Assembly (NCBI GenBank): GCA_965153285.1
Contig: OZ229111.1
Reading direction: 5' to 3' (one strand)
DNA: 64,000 nt
DNA from: Podarcis tiliguerta
Lineage: Eukaryota
A program made the position numbers and the translations under genes. Shown here in pieces: positions 30,419 through 43,400 of the stretch. Numbering within the stretch: position 1 is the stretch's first letter; each line of letters starts with the position of its first letter. The notes beneath the pieces are model-generated. The model worked only from the letters and a program-made list of their open reading frames with translations, was not told where the DNA came from and ran no database searches.

Positions 30419-33400
30419 ATGCTAGTTTCACCGATGGCTGAGAGAAACAAGGAAACCATCCTCGAGGTGCTGGCTGACTATGTGGATGATACAAGCTCAT
30501 CTTTTGGGCTTGAACTGGGATCTGGCACAGGACAGCATGTGGTGCACTTTGCTCAGGCCTTGCCCACGGTCATCTGGCAACCCTCAGAGATCAGCCCAGC
30601 TTCTCAACAGAGGTACACTGGGGCCTGTGGTGACAGCAAGGGATGGGTGTTGTAGTAGTGTGTGGACCATGCTTTCCCTTGGCCCCAGCAGAATGTTGGC
30701 ACAAAATCGGCACTAAAAAGAACTGGCTCTTAGTCCTTGTTTATAGTCAGCCAAAAGAGACTGTCACAAACCATACGGCAGCTTCTGTTCAGTTGCCTGG
30801 AAATGCCTTTCCAAGAAATAGCTAGACTGTTCTGCATTGGACAGATCCTAGCTGTGCATATATTCTTGGTAAAAAAGAAAGGCTTGCGGCTGAAGCAGTA
30901 ACGGCATGTGTACATTTAAACAGAATAATGAGAACTTATTGATGGCAACCTGTCTTGGACTATACAATAATCTGGCAATAAAACAGTATTTGCCAAGGTA
31001 GATGCATTTTTTAAAAACTTGGTTTTAATACCTGGTGTTGCTTTGACTGCTTAGCCTGGGTCTGTGGATTGTGGGTAGATTAAAATTATCATGGTTAATG
31101 TGCACTAGATTACAGTATGAGAAATAAGGATATGTTTTTTTGAATTGTGGTATGACAAACATGAACAAACGGTTGGCGAACATCCAAGGGGTTTTCCAGA
31201 CGTTCCTTCATTACATTTTATTTTATTGTTAGCTATTCCTGCAATTTACAATTTTCAAAACATGCACAAGGGTGAGGATAAAATTGTAACAGCATTTCGT
31301 AGGTGGCATCTTGGCCTGTGCAAAAATCATCTGGCGCAAACAGCTTAAGTTAACAGATGGAGTAAAGAGGGTATTGTGTGGGGTATTCCTTTTCAAATAG
31401 CAATAACATTTCTGATAGTCATTGCTCACCAAGACATGTTGGGAGGGATGAGGACAAAAACTGAAGGGCATAAAATGGCATGGGAGATTGTGCCAGTGTG
31501 CTGTATTGCTTGTCGCTAGCGTCACATACACATGTGATTTGAGTGCCTGTGTCATTTACACTGACCATAATTCACAGAGCAGTCACACCTGAAATCTTAG
31601 CGCTGTCACTTGGAAAAATCATAAAAATGTGTCCACCCCTTTAACTTGGAGAATCAATGTTGGATGCATGTATCATACCCTTGTCTAGCCTTTCTCTGGT
31701 TCAGAGAAAGAAGTTACATACATTTCCCACTAGCATCCCACTATATTGCCTGACTGTATTTCAAACCCAGTGCTGCTTTTGTTGTGGGGCCAGAGGGAAG
31801 GAAACTGGAGAAAGTAATTCTCCCCATTTTTTTATTATGGCCTTACACACAAAAGTAAGAATCTTCCATCTTTTCCCACAGCATCTCTGCTTACATCCAA
31901 GCCACCAAGGTGACCAATGTCCGAGAACCCCTTGCCATAGATGTAACACAGCCATGGGACCAGTGGGCTGGCGTGAGTCAAGGCTGTTGTGACTTCATCA
32001 TTATTATTAACCTGTTGCACATGACTGATCAAGGCCTGGAGGTATGACAAAGCACTTAGGCCAATATTATGGAAACTGACCTCTGCAAAGGATCTTATTC
32101 AACAGATAACCTTTTGTGTTACAGGGAATGTTTAAAGGCATAGGACAACTGCTGAAACCTGGAGGCATTTGCTTGGCCTACGGGGTGAGTATAGGAAAAC
32201 CATCCATTACAGCTTAAGCTCAGTGGGAAGGCAATCACAGGCAAAGTCCCGTTTGCCAGGATTCCCCATCTGGCCTGCAAGGTCATATTTCATTACATCT
32301 AGGTATGGGTGGGGCTTGCTAGAAGTCTTGATTTGTGCCTGACCACCACCTCCTTGTTGAGAGCCTTTGAATTGATCACTCTCCCTCCACATCAGCCAAT
32401 AGGAAGGCCGAGTGCTTCTGCTTATTGCTTTGCTCGGATGCGTAAGAGTTTTGTGCACCCAAGCCCAGCTCTAAGCAGTATCCACCACCACCAACTTGAT
32501 GGAAAAGGAGAACCTCAAGGTTGGAAAGCAGCTCATATTTTGATCCAGTTCTCCCACAAGACTTCTTGCTCTTCGGCAAACGTGCGCATGAGTCTTACAG
32601 CACAATGCCTCCTCAGAAGTAAATCCTACTGAATTCAATGGGGCTTGCTCAAGGGTCACTGGTGTTAGGCTTGTTGACTTCGTTCTAGACCTTTGCCCTA
32701 AGATCCCCATAGAATGCTGGCCCGGAGTTAATTCCCACTCTGCTTCCACTCCACAGCCCTTCGCCGTTAATGGGATTATCCTTCCAGAGTGCAATGTGCA
32801 ACTGGATAACATGCTCCAGGCCAGGTATGTTAGAGCTGAAGGACTGGATTTCATCTCTTGCCTCCTTTGTGGTGACCACCAAAGCCCTAGTGAGATCAAG
32901 GCGGGATGGGGGAAGGCTACTTGGAAAGTTCCCCTTGATTTATTTCCTATTTACATGTTGTATAATAGCACTGAAGATGGACAACAGGGCAATATTGTTA
33001 GGTGATGAAGATGAGCTACAGGCAGAGACCGTGTTTAGCCTACTGCTTCTCCTTCCTTGGGAAAGGCTGTAAGGATTTCGTTGTGACGAGGCCATGATCT
33101 ACTTTTAACATGTTATGCTTTTAAAATGGCAGAAATCCTGAGTGGGGACTGAGAGATGTGGAGGAGCTTCGTCAACTGGCAAACATTAATGCACTCCGGC
33201 TTGAGCGCATGGTAAGAGGCTGAGGTCAGCCTACAACATTGTAGGGGGCAATGAAATAGAACTGCAGAAACCACAACCACCACTTCCCACTCTTGCTCTT
33301 TGTTTCCTGGGAAGGGGGATCCCACCAGCTCTGCAGTTTTTCCCATAGGCTTCCATTTGGCTCATCCTCCCTCATGCAATGACTCAGCGCCTATTTTTCT

Positions 33401-33461
33401 TCCTTAGCTGGAGATGCCTGAATACACCAAATGTTTGATCTTTCGGCGGAGGGAGTTATGA
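30419..33461 (+). CDS. METTL26-like (DUF938/UPF0585) SAM-dependent methyltransferase paralog, 6 coding exons, 204 aa
   Basis: Exons: 30419-30612, 31882-32041, 32125-32184, 32757-32824, 33133-33211, 33408-33461 (615 nt), all GT-AG and in frame. Motifs AERNK, LELGSGTGQH, WQPSE, LLKPGG..YGPF, RNPEWGLRD and MP..KCLIFR match the METTL26/C16orf13 family. Confidence 0.9.
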
Positions 33462-33519
33462 TCTCTGGCTACGGAAAAGTCAAAGGAGGACTGCCCTATT
33501 TATATGGATGGGTGCGGAA

Positions 33520-33525
33520 ATTAAA
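33520..33525 (+). terminator. Candidate ATTAAA poly(A) signal of the METTL26-like gene
   Basis: ATTAAA about 60 nt after the TGA at 33459-33461. Confidence 0.4.
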
Positions 33526-33673
33526 TTAAGAAAAAGAAATGGATGCTTCTGCAACTTCTTTGGGGGAGGGGGGAAGAACGATTTCAGAATGGCTTTAGGA
33601 AATTCTATTCTCTGCGCTGCCCCAGGATGACGAATGCCTCCTGTACCCCCTTCTAAGACCTTGCATGCACCGG

Positions 33674-33763
33674 TGGTCACAACCCACCAACTCACAACCC
33701 ACCAACTTTTAACCCAAAGTCTACGAGGAAGCACAGACTGAAAAAAGTTTTAAATACTTTATT
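33674..33763 (-). terminator. HGS poly(A) site: AATAAA plus GU-rich downstream element
   Basis: tttatt at 33758-33763 (AATAAA on -). Downstream on the - strand lies a duplicated GTTGGTGGGTTGTGA tract (about 33674-33705). Confidence 0.65.
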
Positions 33764-34497
33764 GTCACTGGTTCCATTCTGCCTACACCAGCACTAAACA
33801 CAAGAGATGAGTCTTCAAAAGCAGCGAGCATAAGTAGGGCAGAGGAAGGGGAGAAGAAACGCAGGCCTGGAGCAGGCTGTGTTCAATGTCGTGGGTTCTC
33901 CAAAGGGATTGAGAAGAGACATGGAGGGCTGTGAGATCATGGAGGGGGAGGGGGCAGTGGTGTTGGAGGTGAAGGCCACTTGATTGGCAAGATGCAACCA
34001 TAGAATGTACTAAAGGGGAGGGGGGGGGGAGAAGGATGTAGGCCCAGATCATGCTGTGGGCTGGACCCATTTACTCTGGCTTTGGAGCATGCTTAAATGC
34101 AGTTTCCAATGAGAAGAGCAGCTCTCCAACCTGTAATGGCGCACATAGGAGGCACTCCTTGAGAAGTCTGCTCTGCTACCCAGCCAACACAAAGCTAGGA
34201 GGATCAGGCAGTGGGCTACTCTCTCTCTCTCCACAGCCAAGGAACAGTGCATAAGGTTATTTGAGCACAGGTGTCTCTCGCTCCTCCCAGAAGGCTCACT
34301 TAGTGAGGGATGGAGGGGGGAGGTACAGGTAGCCAACGGGAAACTACCTAGGACAGCGGGGGCTCAGCTCTCCGTTCCCCAGGGTGGGGATGGCGCAAGG
34401 TAATAGCAATGGTGTAGCGAGTACAGCAGTGACCAACAGATGGTAGTGTTACAATGTCTTAGAAACCCACCCCTCCCTTTCCTCATAAGCCAAGAGA

Positions 34498-37400
34498 TTA
34501 GTCAAAGGAGATCAGCTGAGCCTCTCCGCTGCCGCCTTGTGCCTGTTGCACCTGGACTGGAGCCTGCTGAGGAGGCTGCTGCTGCTGGGGAGGTCCTCCA
34601 GGAGGTGCCATCTGTAAGGAGGCAAACAGGGAAGCGAGTAAGGAGGTCTTGTTTAAAAAGGCATCCTCCTCCCCCATTTAAAGCTACTGTAGTAATGGTC
34701 CTCCAACCCATGGATTGGCACAGAGGCTAAAAAGCCAAACCATGTTGAGCTGAAGGAATTCAGGGCATCAGCCTAACATAAAATGAAGAAGTCGCCAAAA
34801 CAGTTGCCCCCAAAGTGGCTGGTCGAAGACTCACCTGCTGATACATAGGCTGCTGTCCTGACAGGTAAGGCTGCTGGGGTGGCAGGTTACTCAAACCCTG
34901 TTCCTGGCCAGGGAGGGTTGACATGAGGTTCTGGCAGGAAAAGAAGAGGGCATAAGACTTTCCGCCAATCCACATGGCTCCATTCATAACAGGAGTCAGC
35001 CTGGAGCTTAGGGGTGGCTTTGCTGCCTCTATGCACATACAAGAATTCCCTTCCAGTCCTGTCTGCTGGCTGCCCTCACACTGGAAACTGGAGAAGGCGC
35101 ACAGCGCAACAGTTTCAAGGAGTCTCTCACCTGCATATTGTAGGGCTGGTAGCCCATGGAGACCGACTGATTGCCCATGTAACCCTGCGGCGCTTGTGTC
35201 ATGGCTGGGATCGCCTGGGTCTGGGAAGGGGCAGCTGCGTTCTGAAAGGTTAAGGAGGCAGGAATGGGTAAGAAGTCTAGACAAACTTCAACACACAAGC
35301 AAGAACACACAGGGAGAAACTTTTGCTACTTGCAAGCTGGCAAAGACTATATTCCACTCTTCCTCCAAGGAGGTCAAGGCGGCATGTACAGTCCTCTCCA
35401 CTTTATTCACATAGGTGCTATAGGTAAGGCGGAGAGCTTGCTACTTGCACTATGCTTGATGGCTATGGGAAGACTTGAACCTGGACTTCCCAGGTCCAAA
35501 TCCAAATGCTTGAACCACAACAAACATAATGCGATGAACTGGACTGTAGACCATTGAAGCTGATGCAATGATTCTTATTTTTTTGTCTTTTATGTTGCCA
35601 CAGGGCTCCATTATTTTTGCTGCAACAGACTTAATTTGGCTACCCTTCCGAAAATGGTTTAAAATAGGTGCTTCAGCTAAATAATAACAGAAGCATCACC
35701 GCTAGAATGATTCGAACTTGGATCTTCTCCGTCCTAGTCAAACACTAAAGACATCACCACACTGGCTTGAACTCTCCCCCCTCCACTTTCACAGCAGCAC
35801 ATATAATCTGCTGGGATTTAATCCCCCGATTTGGGGCAGAGGAAATTTGGGCTGCGGGTCAAACTTGCCTGGTAGCCTTGGGTAGGTGTAGGTTGGTAGG
35901 AAGAATAGGCAGGATTCGTGGTGGGCACAGCCTGCCCTTGCGGAGCTGCCTGGGCATTATTAGTGTTTGCTGAGTACATGTAGGTGCTCACCATGTTGGG
36001 ATCTGAAATACAGATGAAATATGAGAAAAGGACAGCCTTCCGAGACCAGGCCAGCTAGCCCAGTACCCCGTTTCAGATGCTTTCAGCTAACACATTCCCC
36101 CTCCATCCTATTGCTCTTACCTGTTCCTGCCACAGGCATTGCAGTGTATGGTCCGGTGCTGCCCTGGGCAGGCTGGCTCATGTACACTGTGTGCATAGGT
36201 GAGCCCTCCACAGAGCCTGCTGGGCTGAAGGTGCCTGGGAAGCTTGTGGGGCCTGATGGCTGGTAGATCACCCCGCCAGCAGGAGGCATGGCCTGCAGCT
36301 ACAGAGACAGGAAGCAGGTTAAGAGAGGGACGGCGACTTGGCTGATGTATTTGCAAAGAGAACAGCCACTCAAGGGAAGAGGAGGAGGGATTCTCGGCCT
36401 CTCCACCCGTCATACCTGAGCATACGGCAAGGAGAAAGCAGGCATCTGGGCCCGCATTTGGATCGTTTGCTTCTGCTGCTCCAGCCGCATCTGGCGCTCC
36501 TTCTCTTGCTCCTGAAGGCGCTGGATCGCCAACTGCCGTTGCATCTCCAGGTATTCCTACAAGTTGGAGAAGAACATGGGATGCGTTACAACATGGGAGC
36601 CATGGGGTTTCATGCTTTACTAGGCTGCACCGCTTGCAAACCATTTTGCGGAGGGCAGATGTACCTATTGTACCGGACACACTTGGCACCGGCCACCTCA
36701 CCTGTTTCTTCTGCCGCATAATCTCAAGCTTCTGGGCTAGCTGGATCTGGCGCTGGCGCTCGGCCTCCTCGGCAGCGCGGCGCAGCTTCTCCCGGTGTTC
36801 CTCCCGCAGAGCGTTCAGGGCTCCCCGCGCATCCCGGATCTGGGCAAGTTTATCTTGAAGTCCTTCATAGTACACTGGGTGGGGGGAAGGGGCGAAAAAG
36901 GCGTAGTCAGAAGCCCCACCTCCATGAGATCCACAGGAGGTATAGCACTGAGGTGCAGTGCCGAGGGCCTTCTGGCGGTTCCTCGCTGCGAGAAGCCAAG
37001 TTACAGGGAACCAGGCAGAGGGCCTTCTCAGTAGTGGTACCCTTCCTGTGGAATGCCCTCCCACCAGATGTCAAAGAGAAAAACAACTACCAGACTTTTA
37101 GAAGACATCCGAAAGCAGCCCTGTTTTGGGAAGCTTTTAATGTTTAACAGGTTATTGTATTTTAGTGTTTTGTTGGAAGCCGCCCAGAGTGGCTGGGAAA
37201 ACCCAGCCAGATGGGCTGGGTATAAGTAATAAAAATATTATATTATAGCTCTCACCTCAAGGAAAGCAGGGCAGACTCCTCAGCGTGGGCCAAAGGCATC
37301 ATGCCATCTTCCCTTCCTTCCCACCCCAAAAAGTGGAAAGGAAGCCCCAATGCCCATTTTGGTTCAACGCAAGGAAGTCAATTAACCACCTATGATTTAA

Positions 37401-40400
37401 CAGGGAGAGAGGCGATCCCAACTGTGCTACAAGCTCCTCCCGCAGGTCTCTGCCAACATTAAGGGCCGGGGCCCTGGGAACTTACGGCGGCGCTCATCCA
37501 ACTGGTTCAGCAGCTCCAGGAGCTGAGGGTGCATGCTGTTGATGGACTGGAAGAGCGAGAGCACGGCGGAGTCATTGGTGATGCTCCGGCCCCGCAGGTG
37601 GTTGCTCTTCATGCGGTTGACGAAGGTGGTGACGGCGTTCTGCAGAGCCTTCAGGAACTGGTCGTGGCTCTCATCTGTCTCACCGTTTTGGTATTGCTGC
37701 TGGGGAGACCATCAGAGAGAGATGGGGAGACCATTAACTGGAAGCCGCAATTCCAACTAAGTTAAAGCTCAACCGAGTTCATTTTTCAATGTGGCTTCAG
37801 CTGCCTTGGGTTACCCCTGTCCTGTTTCCCTGCAAGGCGATGCATCTCCTGTAAAAACCTAAAACCTCCAGACTGTTCAAATGCAGCACAGAAAGCTTGC
37901 CGCACTCCGTGCCCGGCCTCCACTGCTCACATTGGAGAAAGAAACAGCAGTTGCTCACCAGCTGGCAACCATTTCAGGAAAAAACCAAACAAACCCAGCA
38001 GCTGAGCCTAATTCTGCCTTACTGTGGAGCATCCCAAGAGCACACAGGAAAGGAAGGCTGCTCTTACCTCCACCACACTGAGCGGGGCAGGCTGGACCTC
38101 GGTGTTCTGGGTTGCTGGCTCCCCCATGGATAGCGGGGCTGAAGGGGTGGGGCTCTTGCGCACCTCCTCCTGCTTCTTCTCCCAGTAGTTGCGGTTCAGG
38201 TACCGAGCCAACTGCAAGGAGATGTTGGGAAACAGGAAGCAAGCTGGTTGTCACTAGCCAGAGTGCCGCTGATACCAGCAAACTACAAAATGGCATATGG
38301 GGATGGGGGGTCTTACCTCAGGGTCAATGTCCTCGGCCAGAGGTGCAGAGGAGTTCTGAAATAAGACACATATTACAGGATTAACCACCCATGCAAAGAT
38401 GAGTACCCCCACTGCCTCCCCTTCCCTTAGGAGATCAAGCTTGAAACGCTGCCTGTTTCAAGCTTCAAGGCCTGAGGGGATTTGTGAGCAGAAGGAGCTG
38501 CTGAAGCAAGGTGACAGGAAAAGCCAACACCCATTCTCTTCCTCTCCCATGGACTTGGCTGGACTTACCAAAGAACCACAGAATGTTCATGACATGGGAG
38601 AAGTGTCTAAATGGCAAAAGGGGAAATCTCTCCAGGTGGGTGGGCACTTACCACAGGTGAGGAATAGAGGGTGTTGACTGGTGGAGCCGATGAGGTGACT
38701 GGTGTCGGCTCAGCCTTGGGGTATGTGGAATACGTGCTTTTCTGTCTCTGCAGAGGAAAAGTAATAGGGAGAACGATATAGGAATGCTTCACCGATTCCT
38801 GAACTTGCACAGCAAGCCAGGAACCACTTTTGCAGTCAGCCAGCAAGCCAGAAGTTGATCGGGAATGAAGCATGAAGCATGCCTCCTGACAGTTACCAGC
38901 CACGTCTGGGCATCTCAGAATGGCACAAATAAGTGTGCAGTTAGTGATGAAATTAAGATTCACCCAGAATCAGCATGGTCTTTATCTGCTCTTAATTAGA
39001 CAACAAAATGGGAAAGTTAGTGCAGCATTTTAATTAACTGAACACGACATAACGTGTACGTTTTCCGGAATCGCGTCTGGTAGTTGCAAACACCCGATTG
39101 GCAAAGTACCCAACAATTAAAATGCCTCCTTTTGGCAGTGGAGAGATGACATCAGCACAAGTTTCCCATATTTGAGGACTAGGCTGTTGCAGGGAAAGGA
39201 GTTTATGCAGATCACTGAGCTACCTAAGCTCTTTGGGCGCTACAAGGCAGTCAACCCTGCGGGGTACCTCCGAGTATTAATGTCACAGGAATCCCCCCCT
39301 AATTCTCAAGACACAAACCATCCTTTCCTTCTCCTCTGCCTCTGACTGGGAGAGTGCAATGGCCAGCTGCAGCTCCTCCTCCTCCTGCAGGGCAGTTTCA
39401 TCACGCTTGGGAGGCAGCTGAGGGCAGAAGAAACAGCAGTCACTGTAACCCGGGTGAAGAGGTGACGGGTGAAGCTGGAGCCCCATCCCTTGCCATCACA
39501 GACAAGTGCTCACCTGGGACTGCTGGGAAAGAGGGCTGGTCAGGTACTCAGGAGGAAGCTCCGTGGTTGCAGTTCCTTTCCCTTCTGCTTTCCTGTGTAT
39601 ACAGAGAAGCCAGGATCATGACCACAGCTGAACTGCAATCTGGTGGTCAGCCAGGGGTTTGGGGGGGAAGAGAGGGCCACTGAAACCTGCTCTGTTGGTC
39701 TGCAATAAGCCAATTAGCTCTTTCTCTTTAAGCTGCAACTTGCCAGACTACAGTGGAACCTTGGTTCTCGAACTTAATCTGTTCGACTCCTGAAACAGTT
39801 CGAAAACCAAGGCACAGCTTCCTATTGGCTGCAGGTGCTTCCTGCACTCAAGCGGAAGCTGTGTTGGACGTTCGGCTTCTGAAAAACATTCGAAAAACAG
39901 AATACTTACTTCCGAGTTTTCGGCATTCGGGAGCCAAAACGTACGAGTACCAAGGCATTCAAGAACCAAGGTACGACTGTATTCAGTTTACTGTTAGAGG
40001 AATAAGAACTCTCTCCCTCCAGAGTATGCACATGTAGAAAGAAAGGCTGCCAAAAAAAACCCTCATTCTTCCCCAACCTTTCTATGCCAATGACCCTCTT
40101 CATTAGCTGAGCTCCGATACTTACTTGTTGAGATGCTCGTAGCAGGGCTCACACACACGCACCTCCTTCTCTATGCCGAACTTGGGAATGGTGGAATACT
40201 TGGAGGAGCACTTCCCGCAGAAAATCTGCCCACAAGCCCGGCAGTGGTGCTGCGAACACAGGGAGAGGTCAAGAATAGAAGCCCGCTAGAATTTAAATCT
40301 CCCGGCCACCGCCTCCTCTTGCTGCCATTATAACATGGCTCTGTGTCATGTCAGCTGCCACAGGAAAGGAGCTCCAGGTCGGGACAGGGAGCTGCACCAC

Positions 40401-43400
40401 TCACCTTACGAGTCACCACCCCAAACTGGACTCTGCACCGGTGACACTCCTCTGCGTCCACCCAGTCTGGGGCCTGCCGCACAGAAACAAAGCAAGTATT
40501 GGGTAACAAAAAGGCCGTCACAAAGCCTTGAAGTGATCCTAAGAACCCGAAAAAAGCACCCCCAAGAGCAGCAGTATTTGAGGAGGGATCCCAGATAGAG
40601 AAAATGCATGTGTAACATAAAGAGGCAGTAAAAACTAAATAGATGGTTCTCTTCCCGAACTGGAATTCTGGCCATTCTTGGGATACTCTTGTCAGTGATC
40701 CATGCTCTGATAGCCTCACAGTTAAGACTACTGCAATGCATTCTATGTGGAGCTGCCCTAGAAGATGGTTAGGAGGCTGCAGATAGTGTAGAATGCCGCT
40801 GCTTGTTTACTGAATGAGATGCAAAGACAGAGTCGCATTAAATCAATTTTCTGTGATCTGCACCAGCTAGCTATTTGATTCCAAGTCTACTTCAAGGTAT
40901 TAATATTGGCTTATATTACAATAAATGACTTGGGACCCAAGTATATGTTTGAGTTCTTCACTCATTGTGTGCCACTTGCAAGCTAATATCTGTGGAAGGG
41001 GCCCTTCTTGTGGTTCCACCCCTGAGTAGTGCTTGGTATGTAGGGTGTGGTTGTGTGAGAGTATATGTCCCGGGGCAAAATCCTAAAAAAAAAAAGCTCA
41101 GCAACTTCAATTCTAAAAAAAGCTCAACAATTCTGGTCGGCCCTTGTGCATGTTCACTTCATCAAATCTGGCCCTCTTTGAAAAATAAGTTTGGGTACCC
41201 CTGGGTTATGAGCAATCAGATTCCGTAACAATCTATTAGAAGTATTTACTTTCTGCTGTTGCTTTTAATGTTGGCTTTAGTTCTGCACATTTTTTTACCT
41301 TTTGTGAACCACCCTGGGATGCTGTTGTGAAGAACATTATAAAAACGAGATAAGCAAGTAAGTAACACAATTAGCTTCTATGATTCTACTTCCCACAGCC
41401 CACAATGTACAAATCGAATGGGATACATTCTATTTTTGCTATCACCCACCCCCAGGCAGCTGGATTTTCACTGGAGACTGATTCAGGCCAAACTCAGCAA
41501 CAGAAGTATCAAGACAGGTTATAATTACCACAAAAAAGTCCAAATCATTTCCATATGTGAGGCGTGCCCCTTTCCCAACTGGGACACTCACCCTTTCTGC
41601 TGCAAACATGGCATCACTCTCCTTGAATTCTGGGAAAACGTGACCTGCAGGAAGATCAACAATGTCACTCTGTTGGGCTCTTCAACCACTGGCGCCTGCT
41701 GGTACTTGGGATGGGGGCACCAAGTGACAGACCTGAGAAGCTGTGTACAAATGCACACAAGCCATTCACCTGCTCACCACGTTCCCTTTCCCAGCCAAAG
41801 AAAACATGACATCCCCACAAAGGTACTGAAGGGATGAGGCTAGAGCGATTGGCCTAGATTGGCCTTCCAGAATTAAGTCCAACCAACCGCCTGACCCATA
41901 GTCCAACATACCATAATATCACAAGTGACAAAGATCACAGGAATTCTTCTCGGCTCTGGAAGCTACTGTGTTCCGTTAGGGCTTATACCTAAGACACTGA
42001 CATGCTACATGGAAGCCGGTCATTGCTGTTTCTTAAATCAAATGCACCAGGTGCTTTCTCCAGATCCCCAACTGAACATACTCCGTCTCCCCCCGCCCCC
42101 TTCTTCACAGCACAGGTCACTCATCCTTACCTTCAACCTTCATGATCTGGTAAGTGTCCTGCACCACCTTGTACTTGGGTTCATTGCGGAAGGCATGAGC
42201 CCATGCCTGGATCAAGTACAGGATCTTGTTGCGAACATTGGCTTCAACTTGTCTCTGTAGAAATGTGCAGAGCCAGGATCAGGCAATATGCCCAATGGAA
42301 ACGAACCCACAATCTTCCAAGGGAACAGCATAAGCGCAATTTAACTGGGAAATGACGCTCGGAGAAATGCCCCTTGCCATCTAGTATCAGAAACCCAACC
42401 TCAGTTATTCTCTTTGCTTGCTACCTGTATATTCGTCTTCTACTAGGGGTGGGAAGGACAGAAAGAGTGGTTTTCCTTGTAAATTTCCTCCTGCTGGAAA
42501 GGAACTCCATGTTTGGCCTATGAGGGTGCTTCGCTGTTTATAAATTTGGATTTCTTTTTCTTTAAACAGCTGCTTACGGGGAGGAGAAACAGCCAAAAAG
42601 CTCCTACCTTCAGCAATTCCTTCAACTCCTCCATGGTCTGTTTGTTAGCCACTTCATCGTGAACTGTTTGACCACAGTTCTTTACCACAGATTCCAAGAC
42701 CTACAAGGAAAATATATTCATGAGTATGCACTGTCGCTGACCAAATATTCAAAGAGGTGCCCTGCTGAATCAGGTCAAAAGCCTATCTAATCAAGTATCC
42801 TGTTTCCCCCAGTAGCCAACCAGATGTCCTTGGAAATACCACCAGCAACAAATACAAATGCAACAGCCCTTTCCCACAGTTTTCCCCCAGAGGACTGATA
42901 TTGAGAGGCATACCGCCTCTGGTATTAGAGGAACTGATAGCTTTATCCTCCAGGAATCTGTCTAATCCCCTTTTAATGTTGCCCTAGTTACAAGTAATTA
43001 GCAGCAGAAGTTCTGGTCCTCCTTTGATCAAAAAGTGGGCTGGCTGCACATCTGTCTCGCAAGGTTAGGGAAAGAAAGCTTCTCTCGTTGACCTGGGAGA
43101 GTGACTACACCCTGAGGAAGTTGTGTTCACTTTAGCTTACCTCTAGTGCGTAGAGAGCCACGTGTGGATTCTTGTCGTTGACTTTCTTCTTTATTGCACC
43201 AACAGCATATTTAGCCCTGGACAACAAAATGTGAAGAATAACAACTCAGTCTAACGGCAGCATACAAGGACCCGTTGTCATTCTGAAGCCACCCCAAAAT
43301 CCCTGCTCTCATGAAATATAATAGCAGCGCTTATAATGGAAGAGGAAAAAGTGTCAAATGTGTCAAGATTCGAAGCTAAATTATTAGGCTAATCTATAAC

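Noticed and set aside
36117-37064. 315-aa ORF as a standalone gene
   Set aside because: It is a chance read-through of an antisense L2 fragment, one HGS exon in frame, introns and out-of-frame HGS exons.
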